From NCBI RefSeq assembly GCF_009914755.1, contig NC_060925.1: a stretch of 64,000 bases of DNA; one strand, given 5' to 3'. Below the pieces are notes generated by a model that did no database searches, was not told where the DNA came from, and saw only the letters and a program-made list of their open reading frames with translations. Both the position numbers and the translations under genes were made by a program. This DNA is from the human T2T-CHM13v2.0 reference genome, Homo sapiens. Below are positions 11,587 through 24,594 of the stretch, piece by piece; position 1 is the stretch's first letter, and each line of letters starts with the position of its first letter.

Positions 11587-12006
11587 CGTTGCGGGAAGTC
11601 AGGGACCCCGAACGGAGGGAGCGGCTGGAGCTGCGGCCGAGGCACGTAAATTGTGAGGATTTCATTTCAATACGGACATTCATCAGTTCCCAAATAATGC
11701 TTTTATAATTTCTTACGCCTGTCTTTACTTTAATCTCTTAATCCTGTTATCTTCGTAAGCTGAGGATGTACGTCACCTCAGGACCGCTGTGACAATTGTG
11801 TTGACTCTACAAATTGATGGTAAAACGTGTGTGTTTGAACAGCATGAAATCAGGGCACCTTGAAAAAGAATAGAATAACAGCGACTTTTAGGGAACAGGG
11901 GAAGACAACGGTAAGGTCTGACTGCCTGCGAGGTCGGGCAGAAAGAGCCATATTTTTCTTCTTGCAGAGAGCCTATGAAGGACGTGCAGGTAGGGAAGAT
12001 GTGGCT
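11587..12006 (+). mobile_element. MER11 LTR fragment, unit 2
   Basis: copy of 4181-4600. Confidence 0.8.
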
Positions 12007-12008
12007 AA

Positions 12009-12581
12009 GACAACCTAAGTGTCCATCGGCCGGGAAATGGATTAACAAAAATGTGGCATATAGACACCATGGAATACTCTTTGGCCATAGAAAAGAACGA
12101 AATCCTCTGGTCTGCAGCAACAGAGGCGGAGCTAAAGGTCACGATGGAACATCAAACGAGCCGGGCACAGAAAGACAGAGAGGGCAGGTTCTTACTCCAA
12201 TCCTGGGAGCTCAAAATGTTCACCTTGTGGAGGTAGAGAGTAGAACGATAGACACCAGAGGCTGGAGAGGGTGTGTGGGTGACTGCGGTGAAGAGAGGTT
12301 GGTGAAATGGGTCCGAGCATGCGTTTGGATGGAGGGAATACGTTCCAATAATGTTCTACGGCGGAGTAGGGCGACTAGGGGTAACAACGATGTATTAGTG
12401 CTTGTTTCCGAAGAGCTCCTGGAAGACAGCACCTGAGATGCTCCCAACAGGTAGAGATGACAGATACCCACGGGATGGATGCCCTACATCCCCTCAGTTG
12501 ACCATCGATCACTACGCGATGTACACGCGTTACCACACGTCACAGGAATCCCATGGATATCATGTCCGCATGAAGAAAAAC
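12009..12581 (+). mobile_element. L1 3' fragment, unit 2
   Basis: copy of 4603-5175. Confidence 0.85.
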
Positions 12582-13213
12582 ATAGTCATGCTGCCAGGGT
12601 GATTGTCGCAGCTCTGCCTCCCTAGCGCTATGGCCCGTGGTCTCGGCTCCTCAAGTTCCGCTGCCATTACTACCAAAGCCGCTGACACCCGTGGAGCCCA
12701 ATCACGGATCCCACGCCTTGGGAAAGCCAGTGCGCTTGCTGACATGAGTGGCTCTGGCGGGTGGCCCAACCATTAGGCGCAGATCCCCCGCAGCCGAGAG
12801 AGAAGTGGCCCGTCAGCCACTCGGCTTGGCTTGGCAGAAGCCGCTCCGCTCGAGAGTCCTGGCCCATCCCGTGGCCAGCCGAGAGTGCGAGGGTGGCGGT
12901 GGTGGTGGTGGCGGGTCACCTGGCGGCCATGGGAGGAGAAAGCCTGACCTGGCCAGTGGGCTTTGCCGCTGACAAAGAGTGGGAGCGAGGCGAGCACCTG
13001 ACAAGGAAGGGCTGTGAAGCTGATGTTGCGAAGGTGGCGCCAGCGAGGCCAAAAGGAGGGATGGGTGGAGGTAGGCGGGGAGCGTTGGGGCGGCGCACGT
13101 GGAAGCCGAGGGAGGTTGTGGCTGGGGCGCGGGAGAAGCGAGCCAGCCTGTTGGTCAAAAGGGGAGGTGTGAAGGGGCCTGGCAGTTGGCAGGCAGAGCC
13201 AACGAAGGAAGGC

Positions 13214-13285
13214 TTCCCTGACCGGGAATCGAACCCGGGCCGCGGCGGTGAGAGCGCCGAATCCTAACCACTAGACCACCAGGGA
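13214..13285 (-). tRNA. TRE-CTC1: tRNA-Glu(CTC), unit 2
   Basis: identical to 5808-5879. Confidence 0.97.
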
Positions 13286-13570
13286 GAGGCGGCTTCAGGG
13301 CCCGGCTTGCGCCTCCTGGCCCCAGCGCCTCTGGCCCCAGCACTGGGCGCTACCTTGGCGCCTGTCCCCTGCTTCGCTTTAAAACAAACACCGCAACCAG
13401 CCCCCGCGACGCCGGCGGCAACCGGCCTGCCCTCACGAGCAGCTCTGGCCCTGTTCGCAGCACACCCTCCAAACACCGCGCGCCTCCTTCCCCGGCGCAC
13501 AGGCACGCAGCCACAGGCCAAGCTGCGACGCGAGCTCCGCGACGGGGACCTCCGCAAAAGGTCCGCCCGC

Positions 13571-13642
13571 TGCGTTGGCCGGGAATCGAACCCGGGTCAA
13601 CTGCTTGGAAGGCAGCTATGCTCACCACTATACCACCAACGC
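13571..13642 (-). tRNA. TRG-TCC2: tRNA-Gly(TCC), unit 2
   Basis: identical to 6165-6236. Confidence 0.97.
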
Positions 13643-14228
13643 CGCACGGCGCGGGCAGCCCCGCCGCGCCGGCCCGGGGCTCCCACCAGCGCGCCGCCGA
13701 CGCCCGGGGCAGGCCGGCCCCGACGCCCGGTCCGTCCGCCCGCCCGCAGCTCCGCGCTGCCGCGGCCCCGCCAAAGGCCGCCCCGCGCCCCACCGGGGCA
13801 AGGCCAGCGCGGCTGCCCCGTTCCGCCCGCCTGCCTCTGGGGGCGCTCTCGCTCCCTCGCCGCCCGGGGCCGCCAGAGCCCTTCCCCACCAGGTGCCCGG
13901 CGGGGACACGGCCGGCGCCGACGGGGTCCCCACTCCTCCGCCTCCCACCGGGCGCCGGGCCCTGTGCCTCGCAGAAAGCCTCTTCCGACACCCACTTTGG
14001 GCCGGCAGCTCTCTGGGCGCCGTGGGGGCCAGAGGAGGCCGCCCGGCTGCGGGCGACCAAGCCGCGGGCGAGAAGAAAAGGTAGGAGGCCAAGGGGGCCC
14101 AGGAGGCCCAGGGGGCCAAGGGGCCAGGCCCGAGATGGCGCCCTGCGACTAGCGGGAGGGCGGAGGAAGGAGAGAGAAGGAGGGCCCACAGGCTGGGTCC
14201 GAGGCGGCGGCCCAAAAAGCACGGCTGC

Positions 14229-14300
14229 CTCCCCGTCGGGGAATCGAACCCCGGTCTCCCGCGTGACAGGCGGGGATACTCACCACTATACTAACGAGGA
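14229..14300 (-). tRNA. TRD-GTC2: tRNA-Asp(GTC), unit 2
   Basis: identical to 6823-6894. Confidence 0.97.
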
Positions 14301-14936
14301 CGACGGCGACGGTCGCCGGGACGCCAGACCCCACTCCGACCGCGGACGCCTAGCCCTGCCTTGATCCCCTCCCCCGACGGCAGGGGCCGGGCGCGTGCTC
14401 GCCTTCCACCCGCCGCCCGCCGCCCGCCACCCGCCACACGCCACCCGTCACCTGCCACCCGCCCCCCGCCACCGTTGGCACGACCTACCCCGACACCCAA
14501 CAAAGCACCCTGCGATCCCGCTGGGACCCGGAGCCGGAGCCGGACCCCGACAGGTACCGGAGCGGCGTGGAACCTCCCCGCGCGCCCTGCCTGCTGTCTC
14601 CAACGCGGGGATCGCGCCGGGGCAGGAGGAGGCGCGGGCGAAACAGTCAGGCCGCTGCTCCTAGGACGCGGTGGGCGCACGCCCTGCGGGGTTCGGCGAG
14701 CGGAGGCGCGGGGGCTGGGGCGTGCGCCGGCGGCGGCCGGCCCGACGCGGACCCTTTGGGTCCGGGGTGGGGACGCGGGGGCGTCCACGCCAACGCCAGC
14801 CGGCTCCGTTCACTTGGCGCCCGCTCCGCCCGCGCGGTCCGTCGGTTGCGCACCGAACCCAGACAGGCGCCGGCCAAGGGCGCAGGCGTTCGCGCCGGGT
14901 CCCAGCCATGCCAGCGGCGACGCGCCCCGGCGCGCC

Positions 14937-15019
14937 GTCAGGATGGCCGAGCGGTCTAAGGCGCTGCGTTCAGGTCGCAGTCTCCCCTGGAGGCGTGGGT
15001 TCGAATCCCACTCCTGACA
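14937..15019 (+). tRNA. TRL-CAG1: tRNA-Leu(CAG), unit 3
   Basis: identical to 125-207. Confidence 0.97.
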
Positions 15020-16259
15020 AGCCGACCTTTTGGCCCGCCCGCCGGAGGGCAACGCCCATGGCAACCCTGGAGCACCTTTGGCCGCTTCCTGCCTTGAGCC
15101 CTTGCCCGCTCTCCAGACTCCAGCCCCCTTGAAGCAAGCCTCCAAAACGCCGCCGCTTCTCAGGCACGTCCGTTCTTCCTGCCCACCCGCCGGCTGTCGC
15201 AGAAACAGCCCAGGACCATGCGCCAGCGCCCGCGACCCTCTACCAATTGCCCTTCGGACAGACGCCCTCCCCACCACCTCACACGCCCTCTTCCCTGGCC
15301 CCACACACAGCGAGCGACCGCGACCACCTTCCACGCTCTTCCCTGCCTATCTCCTCCGCCCGCCTTCTCCTCACTCGCCCAAACAGACACAGCCCAGATT
15401 CTTCCCCTATTCCTCCTTTTCCCTCCTTCCTCCCACCGGCCTGCGCCCACCGCCCACCGCCTTGAATCGCCGCTGCGCTGCCCAGAGGCGTCCTGGCCTG
15501 AACAGCCCGCCCGGTTTCACCCTCCAACTTCTGACCGCTGAGCAGCAGCGAGCGACTCGCTCGTGGAGCCGCACACACGTCTCCCACCAGAGGCACGCCA
15601 TCCAACATCCTGTCCTTTCCTCCGACCCCTCGGACCCCGGCCGCGCATTCCATTCTGCCGACACCCTAGCCAGGTCGCCGATCCCACCTCGCTACCTGTG
15701 CTCCCTTCCCGCTAACACCTGCCTGCCGGCCCACCTGCAGCCCGGACGCCTGCCGGCCAGAGGCAGCGGGAACCCTGCACACAGCCTGGCAGGCGAGTCC
15801 AAACCCGGAAAGACAGCCCAAGAGGAATCACGAGCGGAAGCCCTAGATCCCCGTCACCCGCCCACAAACGCCTGGCCCCGCCGGGACCAGCTCTGCGCCA
15901 CAGCGCATCCCCACGCGGGAAGCCGCGGCCTGGGCCGTCCCAGCAACACCCAGCGCGCCTTCTCCAGGGTCAGCCAGCTGCGGCTCTGCCTAAGCGCTCC
16001 TCCGCTCCTTTCTCGCGCTCCAGCCTCCCTACCAGCCCAGGGGGCCGGACCCCAAGTGCGAGCCGGTGGCGTGGGTCAGAGCGCAGGAGCGAGGCGCCCA
16101 CGGACCTGGTCTGCGTTTCTGAGCCGCACGCCACGGCTGCGAGACCCGTTCCCCATCGCCGCCCCCGCTCGCTGACACACCCATCCCGCCTCTCACCTGC
16201 TGGTGACACAAGTGAGAAGGCTGGCCCCACGGTGGTGAAAAAAAAAAAACACCTTACGA

Positions 16260-16306
<47 letters not shown>

Positions 16307-16708
16307 GAAGAAAGAAAGAAAGAAACAACAAAAACAAAACACAAAAACTCTGGGTCTGTGCCGGGGATCCGCGCTCAGCAAGGCCCGCCACAGCAAATCT
16401 GCCCACACGGGCATTCGGGCGCGGGCCACGGCCGGTCCTTCCCCTGGAGACCCCGGCGGGCAGTCTCTCGACCCTGGGCGGCAGAGAAAGCGCAAGATGG
16501 GACGAGTCGGCCTCTCTCCCTCCGCTCTCCCTCCGCGCCCCGCCTCAGGTCCCTCGACGTGACGAGAGCCTCCCCTTCTGCTCGCCCCATCGGGCCAGCC
16601 TCTCGTGGACGCTGCAATAGGACGGAGGCCCACGGCAGGCGGTGACCAGTGAACGGCGGCTGGTGGCGAGTTCCGCTGTGCCAGCTTCCGTTGGCGTTTG
16701 CCATCGGT

Positions 16709-16779
16709 GCATGGGTGGTTCAGTGGTAGAATTCTCGCCTGCCACGCGGGAGGCCCGGGTTCGATTCCCGGCCCATGCA
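16709..16779 (+). tRNA. TRG-GCC1: tRNA-Gly(GCC), unit 3
   Basis: identical to 1897-1967. Confidence 0.97.
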
Positions 16780-17162
16780 GCACGCCCTCCCATTTTGGTG
16801 CTGCAGCAGCACCAAGGCGTAGCTGCGCTCGCCTCTGCCGCCTCCTTACACTCGGGGCGCGCGAGCGAGTCCGGCACCGGCTGCGCTCCCACGCGCGACG
16901 GCCCTCTGCCCTTTCTTCCGTGCCTCTCTCGACTGACTTAGGGATGAGCCTACCCCCCGCACCCACACACCTTGGTGACAACAACCCCTCCAGACACGAG
17001 AGCGCGCCAGACACCAGAACTTGGCAGCCTCCTGGTCCTGTTTCTCTTCATTGCCCTGCCACCGCCTCTGCCCGACGCATTTCACTTCACGGAACACCGC
17101 CAGGCACCACGGGCTTGCAGCCACTCGCACCACCCCTTCTCTTCACATTTCACCGCCTCGAC

Positions 17163-17195
<33 letters not shown>

Positions 17196-18992
17196 CCCCC
17201 CCCTCGCTGGCTCCCCACATCCAGAAAATGATGCCATGGTTGCCCTTCCAGTAGGAAGGAAGTCGCGACTCCAGGGAGTAACTCATCACTTTCCCCTAGT
17301 TGGTCACACAGTCCTTAACGCGACCACACGAGTGTACGCGTGGCATGTGCACCGTCTATATTCACCGTGTTCCGGCTACTCCACACTCTCTCCCCTCATT
17401 CTGCCGGCACCACCACCGCCATGTCGCAACTCCCAACCTAACCCCAATCCACCACTTTAGTCGAGGATGCTGCCTTGTTTCTCTCCCTCGGACCTCTTTT
17501 CATCTCAGCCCCAGACACATGCCTGAGACGTGAATGTGCGTCCTGAAGACGGCTTATTTATGTCTCGGGTCCAGTTGCATTCCCTACCCTTTTGGGACGT
17601 GGGACGTGGCCTCCAGTCGCTCTGTCACGATGTCTCTCCCACCCTGGGCTGCTTGCCACCTCACCCCAGCCCCACTCCATACTCTGACCGCCCAGCCCAA
17701 GCAGCATCCCAGTCTCGCCGGCGCGGGTCCCCTTTGACCACACAGACTTCGTTCCTGCCCAGACCAACCGGCTGAAAATGTACTGTTCCCACCAGCCTTC
17801 AGGCTCAGCCCTCCCTCCCCCACCTTGGTCTCACGCCACCCACCCCTTCACTCACACACACACTCAGACGCGCACGCACACACACACACACACACACTCA
17901 CACTCTCTCTCTCTCTCTCTCTCTCTCTGTCTTTCTCTGTCTCTCTCTCTCTCTCTGTCTCTATGTCTCTATCTCTCTGTCTCTGTCTCACACAGCCAAC
18001 TCTCCGTCTCGCCGTCAATGCCCCTCTCTCAGACGACTCATATCCCCCAGCCCTGGCCTCCTTCAGCCTCTTCAGACTCACGCCAGCTCCGCCACCAGCT
18101 GGGATCCCTCCCACCTATGGCATAGGCAGCCCGCGAGGTGCCCTAACGCCCCAGGCATCTGCACAACCTCCGTTTGACTGCACAGCCTCACTCCCAGACC
18201 TGGCCAGCCAGCCCTGTGCACCCCCTGGACACCCTGGACTCCTTCTTCCAGCTCCCAGCACGCAACATGCTTCTCTCCTTTCCTTGGTGTCAGCCCCTTG
18301 CCCCGGGCTAGGGTGGACGCCAGCCACGGGATCGGACACCTTCGTCCGTCGCTGTCACCCACTGACATCCACCCACAACACGCTGGCAAGCAAGCCAGCC
18401 TCCCGTGGGGATGGCAAACATCTCTATCCCCGATAGGGTCTGGTCCCTGCAGGTGATCCGACTGTGCCAAGATCCCACGAATGACACGGGACAGGTTTGT
18501 GCAGTTGGTTGGACGTCTACTTTGCCCCTACAGAGGGGTTTTGGCAAGAAGTCGACTGACTTCTGCCATTGACCTGGGGAATCAGCCAAACAATAAGATC
18601 AGTACGGGTTGAATAGAGGGTTGTAGAACTGGGCTCATCTGTGCTAAGGAGGGGAGGGGAAAAAAAGTCCCACAGCGAATCTTGGCGCTGGGGATAGGTA
18701 CCATCTCCACATGTTCCTTGACATTTGGAGAGACGATAGAGAGCGTAGGTCAGGCAATGGGAAGCAAACTTCGGCTAGAAGTCTGTCAGGAACCCCAACC
18801 CCGCACATGCGCTTTGGTCAGCCTGGCCGTTGGGTTTTCCCCACGAACTGCTGCATCTCCACGCTTCAATGCCCGTGGCCAGGTTGGTCTGACTAATGGG
18901 ACCTCTCAAGATTCATTTTCACATCCAGAATAGGCGAGAATCTCAAACCTGTCGACGGTGAGCGGGAGCATGTGTACGCACATGCACGTGTA

Positions 18993-19412
18993 CGTTGCGG
19001 GAAGTCAGGGACCCCGAACGGAGGGAGCGGCTGGAGCTGCGGCCGAGGCACGTAAATTGTGAGGATTTCATTTCAATACGGACATTCATCAGTTCCCAAA
19101 TAATGCTTTTATAATTTCTTACGCCTGTCTTTACTTTAATCTCTTAATCCTGTTATCTTCGTAAGCTGAGGATGTACGTCACCTCAGGACCGCTGTGACA
19201 ATTGTGTTGACTCTACAAATTGATGGTAAAACGTGTGTGTTTGAACAGCATGAAATCAGGGCACCTTGAAAAAGAATAGAATAACAGCGACTTTTAGGGA
19301 ACAGGGGAAGACAACGGTAAGGTCTGACTGCCTGCGAGGTCGGGCAGAAAGAGCCATATTTTTCTTCTTGCAGAGAGCCTATGAAGGACGTGCAGGTAGG
19401 GAAGATGTGGCT
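18993..19412 (+). mobile_element. MER11 LTR fragment, unit 3
   Basis: copy of 4181-4600. Confidence 0.8.
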
Positions 19413-19414
19413 AA

Positions 19415-19987
19415 GACAACCTAAGTGTCCATCGGCCGGGAAATGGATTAACAAAAATGTGGCATATAGACACCATGGAATACTCTTTGGCCATAGAAAA
19501 GAACGAAATCCTCTGGTCTGCAGCAACAGAGGCGGAGCTAAAGGTCACGATGGAACATCAAACGAGCCGGGCACAGAAAGACAGAGAGGGCAGGTTCTTA
19601 CTCCAATCCTGGGAGCTCAAAATGTTCACCTTGTGGAGGTAGAGAGTAGAACGATAGACACCAGAGGCTGGAGAGGGTGTGTGGGTGACTGCGGTGAAGA
19701 GAGGTTGGTGAAATGGGTCCGAGCATGCGTTTGGATGGAGGGAATACGTTCCAATAATGTTCTACGGCGGAGTAGGGCGACTAGGGGTAACAACGATGTA
19801 TTAGTGCTTGTTTCCGAAGAGCTCCTGGAAGACAGCACCTGAGATGCTCCCAACAGGTAGAGATGACAGATACCCACGGGATGGATGCCCTACATCCCCT
19901 CAGTTGACCATCGATCACTACGCGATGTACACGCGTTACCACACGTCACAGGAATCCCATGGATATCATGTCCGCATGAAGAAAAAC
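19415..19987 (+). mobile_element. L1 3' fragment, unit 3
   Basis: copy of 4603-5175. Confidence 0.85.
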
Positions 19988-20619
19988 ATAGTCATGCTGC
20001 CAGGGTGATTGTCGCAGCTCTGCCTCCCTAGCGCTATGGCCCGTGGTCTCGGCTCCTCAAGTTCCGCTGCCATTACTACCAAAGCCGCTGACACCCGTGG
20101 AGCCCAATCACGGATCCCACGCCTTGGGAAAGCCAGTGCGCTTGCTGACATGAGTGGCTCTGGCGGGTGGCCCAACCATTAGGCGCAGATCCCCCGCAGC
20201 CGAGAGAGAAGTGGCCCGTCAGCCACTCGGCTTGGCTTGGCAGAAGCCGCTCCGCTCGAGAGTCCTGGCCCATCCCGTGGCCAGCCGAGAGTGCGAGGGT
20301 GGCGGTGGTGGTGGTGGCGGGTCACCTGGCGGCCATGGGAGGAGAAAGCCTGACCTGGCCAGTGGGCTTTGCCGCTGACAAAGAGTGGGAGCGAGGCGAG
20401 CACCTGACAAGGAAGGGCTGTGAAGCTGATGTTGCGAAGGTGGCGCCAGCGAGGCCAAAAGGAGGGATGGGTGGAGGTAGGCGGGGAGCGTTGGGGCGGC
20501 GCACGTGGAAGCCGAGGGAGGTTGTGGCTGGGGCGCGGGAGAAGCGAGCCAGCCTGTTGGTCAAAAGGGGAGGTGTGAAGGGGCCTGGCAGTTGGCAGGC
20601 AGAGCCAACGAAGGAAGGC

Positions 20620-20691
20620 TTCCCTGACCGGGAATCGAATCCGGGCCGCGGCGGTGAGAGCGCCGAATCCTAACCACTAGACCACCAGGGA
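20620..20691 (-). tRNA. tRNA-Glu(CTC) variant G53A (B-box/T-stem), unit 3
   Basis: ggaatcgaaTccggg at 20631-20645 versus ggaatcgaaCccggg in the other units. Confidence 0.92.
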
Positions 20692-20976
20692 GAGGCGGCT
20701 TCAGGGCCCGGCTTGCGCCTCCTGGCCCCAGCGCCTCTGGCCCCAGCACTGGGCGCTACCTTGGCGCCTGTCCCCTGCTTCGCTTTAAAACAAACACCGC
20801 AACCAGCCCCCGCGACGCCGGCGGCAACCGGCCTGCCCTCACGAGCAGCTCTGGCCCTGTTCGCAGCACACCCTCCAAACACCGCGCGCCTCCTTCCCCG
20901 GCGCACAGGCACGCAGCCACAGGCCAAGCTGCGACGCGAGCTCCGCGACGGGGACCTCCGCAAAAGGTCCGCCCGC

Positions 20977-21048
20977 TGCGTTGGCCGGGAATCGAACCCG
21001 GGTCAACTGCTTGGAAGGCAGCTATGCTCACCACTATACCACCAACGC
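20977..21048 (-). tRNA. TRG-TCC2: tRNA-Gly(TCC), unit 3
   Basis: identical to 6165-6236. Confidence 0.97.
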
Positions 21049-21634
21049 CGCACGGCGCGGGCAGCCCCGCCGCGCCGGCCCGGGGCTCCCACCAGCGCGC
21101 CGCCGACGCCCGGGGCAGGCCGGCCCCGACGCCCGGTCCGTCCGCCCGCCCGCAGCTCCGCGCTGCCGCGGCCCCGCCAAAGGCCGCCCCGCGCCCCACC
21201 GGGGCAAGGCCAGCGCGGCTGCCCCGTTCCGCCCGCCTGCCTCTGGGGGCGCTCTCGCTCCCTCGCCGCCCGGGGCCGCCAGAGCCCTTCCCCACCAGGT
21301 GCCCGGCGGGGACACGGCCGGCGCCGACGGGGTCCCCACTCCTCCGCCTCCCACCGGGCGCCGGGCCCTGTGCCTCGCAGAAAGCCTCTTCCGACACCCA
21401 CTTTGGGCCGGCAGCTCTCTGGGCGCCGTGGGGGCCAGAGGAGGCCGCCCGGCTGCGGGCGACCAAGCCGCGGGCGAGAAGAAAAGGTAGGAGGCCAAGG
21501 GGGCCCAGGAGGCCCAGGGGGCCAAGGGGCCAGGCCCGAGATGGCGCCCTGCGACTAGCGGGAGGGCGGAGGAAGGAGAGAGAAGGAGGGCCCACAGGCT
21601 GGGTCCGAGGCGGCGGCCCAAAAAGCACGGCTGC

Positions 21635-21706
21635 CTCCCCGTCGGGGAATCGAACCCCGGTCTCCCGCGTGACAGGCGGGGATACTCACCACTATACTAA
21701 CGAGGA
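21635..21706 (-). tRNA. TRD-GTC2: tRNA-Asp(GTC), unit 3
   Basis: identical to 6823-6894. Confidence 0.97.
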
Positions 21707-22342
21707 CGACGGCGACGGTCGCCGGGACGCCAGACCCCACTCCGACCGCGGACGCCTAGCCCTGCCTTGATCCCCTCCCCCGACGGCAGGGGCCGGGCGC
21801 GTGCTCGCCTTCCACCCGCCGCCCGCCGCCCGCCACCCGCCACACGCCACCCGTCACCTGCCACCCGCCCCCCGCCACCGTTGGCACGACCTACCCCGAC
21901 ACCCAACAAAGCACCCTGCGATCCCGCTGGGACCCGGAGCCGGAGCCGGACCCCGACAGGTACCGGAGCGGCGTGGAACCTCCCCGCGCGCCCTGCCTGC
22001 TGTCTCCAACGCGGGGATCGCGCCGGGGCAGGAGGAGGCGCGGGCGAAACAGTCAGGCCGCTGCTCCTAGGACGCGGTGGGCGCACGCCCTGCGGGGTTC
22101 GGCGAGCGGAGGCGCGGGGGCTGGGGCGTGCGCCGGCGGCGGCCGGCCCGACGCGGACCCTTTGGGTCCGGGGTGGGGACGCGGGGGCGTCCACGCCAAC
22201 GCCAGCCGGCTCCGTTCACTTGGCGCCCGCTCCGCCCGCGCGGTCCGTCGGTTGCGCACCGAACCCAGACAGGCGCCGGCCAAGGGCGCAGGCGTTCGCG
22301 CCGGGTCCCAGCCATGCCAGCGGCGACGCGCCCCGGCGCGCC

Positions 22343-22424
22343 GTCAGGATGGCCGAGCGGTCTAAGGCGCTGCGTTCAGGTCGCGTCTCCCCTGGAGGCG
22401 TGGGTTCGAATCCCACTCCTGACA
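22343..22424 (+). tRNA. tRNA-Leu(CAG) variant with 1-nt deletion (A42) in the anticodon stem, unit 4
   Basis: ttcaggtcgc-gtctcc versus ttcaggtcgcagtctcc; 82 nt. Confidence 0.9.
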
Positions 22425-23664
22425 AGCCGACCTTTTGGCCCGCCCGCCGGAGGGCAACGCCCATGGCAACCCTGGAGCATCTTTGGCCGCTTCCTGCCTT
22501 GAGCCCTTGCCCGCTCTCCAGACTCCAGCCCCCTTGAAGCAAGCCTCCAAAACGCCGCCGCTTCTCAGGCACGTCCGTTCTTCCTGCCCACCCGCCGGCT
22601 GTCGCAGAAACAGCCCAGGACCATGCGCCAGCGCCCGCGACCCTCTACCAATTGCCCTTCGGACAGACGCCCTCCCCACCACCTCACACGCCCTCTTCCC
22701 TGGCCCCACACACAGCGAGCGACCGCGACCACCTTCCACGCTCTTCCCTGCCTATCTCCTCCGCCCGCCTTCTCCTCACTCGCCCAAACAGACACAGCCC
22801 AGATTCTTCCCCTATTCCTCCTTTTCCCTCCTTCCTCCCACCGGCCTGCGCCCACCGCCCACCGCCTTGAATCGCCGCTGCGCTGCCCAGAGGCGTCCTG
22901 GCCTGAACAGCCCGCCCGGTTTCACCCTCCAACTTCTGACCGCTGAGCAGCAGCGAGCGACTCGCTCGTGGAGCCGCACACACGTCTCCCACCAGAGGCA
23001 CGCCATCCAACATCCTGTCCTTTCCTCCGACCCCTCGGACCCCGGCCGCGCATTCCATTCTGCCGACACCCTAGCCAGGTCGCCGATCCCACCTCGCTAC
23101 CTGTGCTCCCTTCCCGCTAACACCTGCCTGCCGGCCCACCTGCAGCCCGGACGCCTGCCGGCCAGAGGCAGCGGGAACCCTGCACACAGCCTGGCAGGCG
23201 AGTCCAAACCCGGAAAGACAGCCCAAGAGGAATCACGAGCGGAAGCCCTAGATCCCCGTCACCCGCCCACAAACGCCTGGCCCCGCCGGGACCAGCTCTG
23301 CGCCACAGCGCATCCCCACGCGGGAAGCCGCGGCCTGGGCCGTCCCAGCAACACCCAGCGCGCCTTCTCCAGGGTCAGCCAGCTGCGGCTCTGCCTAAGC
23401 GCTCCTCCGCTCCTTTCTCGCGCTCCAGCCTCCCTACCAGCCCAGGGGGCCGGACCCCAAGTGCGAGCCGGTGGCGTGGGTCAGAGCGCAGGAGCGAGGC
23501 GCCCACGGACCTGGTCTGCGTTTCTGAGCCGCACGCCACGGCTGCGAGACCCGTTCCCCATCGCCGCCCCCGCTCGCTGACACACCCATCCCGCCTCTCA
23601 CCTGCTGGTGACACAAGTGAGAAGGCTGGCCCCACGGTGGTGAAAAAAAAAAAACACCTTACGA

Positions 23665-23712
<48 letters not shown>

Positions 23713-24105
23713 CAGAAAGAAACAACAAAAACAAAACACAAAAACTCTGGGTCTGTGCCGGGGATCCGCGCTCAGCAAGGCCCGCCACAGCAAATCTGCC
23801 CACACGGGCATTCGGGCGCGGGCCACGGCCGGTCCTTCCCCTGGAGACCCCGGCGGGCAGTCTCTCGACCCTGGGCGGCAGAGAAAGCGCAAGATGGGAC
23901 GAGTCGGCCTCTCTCCCTCCGCTCTCCCTCCGCGCCCCGCCTCAGGTCCCTCGACGTGACGAGAGCCTCCCCTTCTGCTCGCCCCATCGGGCCAGCCTCT
24001 CGTGGACGCTGCAATAGGACGGAGGCCCACGGCAGGCGGTGACCAGTGAACGGCGGCTGGTGGCGAGTTCCGCTGTGCCAGCTTCCGTTGGCGTTTGCCA
24101 TCGGT

Positions 24106-24176
24106 GCATGGGTGGTTCAGTGGTAGAATTCTCGCCTGCCACGCGGGAGGCCCGGGTTCGATTCCCGGCCCATGCA
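24106..24176 (+). tRNA. TRG-GCC1: tRNA-Gly(GCC), unit 4
   Basis: identical to 1897-1967. Confidence 0.97.
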
Positions 24177-24557
24177 GCACGCCCTCCCATTTTGGTGCTG
24201 CAGCAGCACCAAGGCGTAGCTGCGCTCGCCTCTGCCGCCTCCTTACACTCGGGGCGCGCGAGCGAGTCCGGCACCGGCTGCGCTCCCACGCGCGACGGCC
24301 CTCTGCCCTTTCTTCCGTGCCTCTCTCGACTGACTTAGGGATGAGCCTACCCCCCGCACCCACACACCTTGGTGACAACAACCCCTCCAGACACGAGAGC
24401 GCGCCAGACACCAGAACTTGGCAGCCTCCTGGTCCTGTTTCTCTTCATTGCCCTGCCACCGCCTCTGCCCGACGCATTTCACTTCACGGAACACCGCCAG
24501 GCACCACGGGCTTGCAGCCACTCGCACCACCCCTTCTCTTCACATTTCACCGCCTCG

Positions 24558-24594
<37 letters not shown>

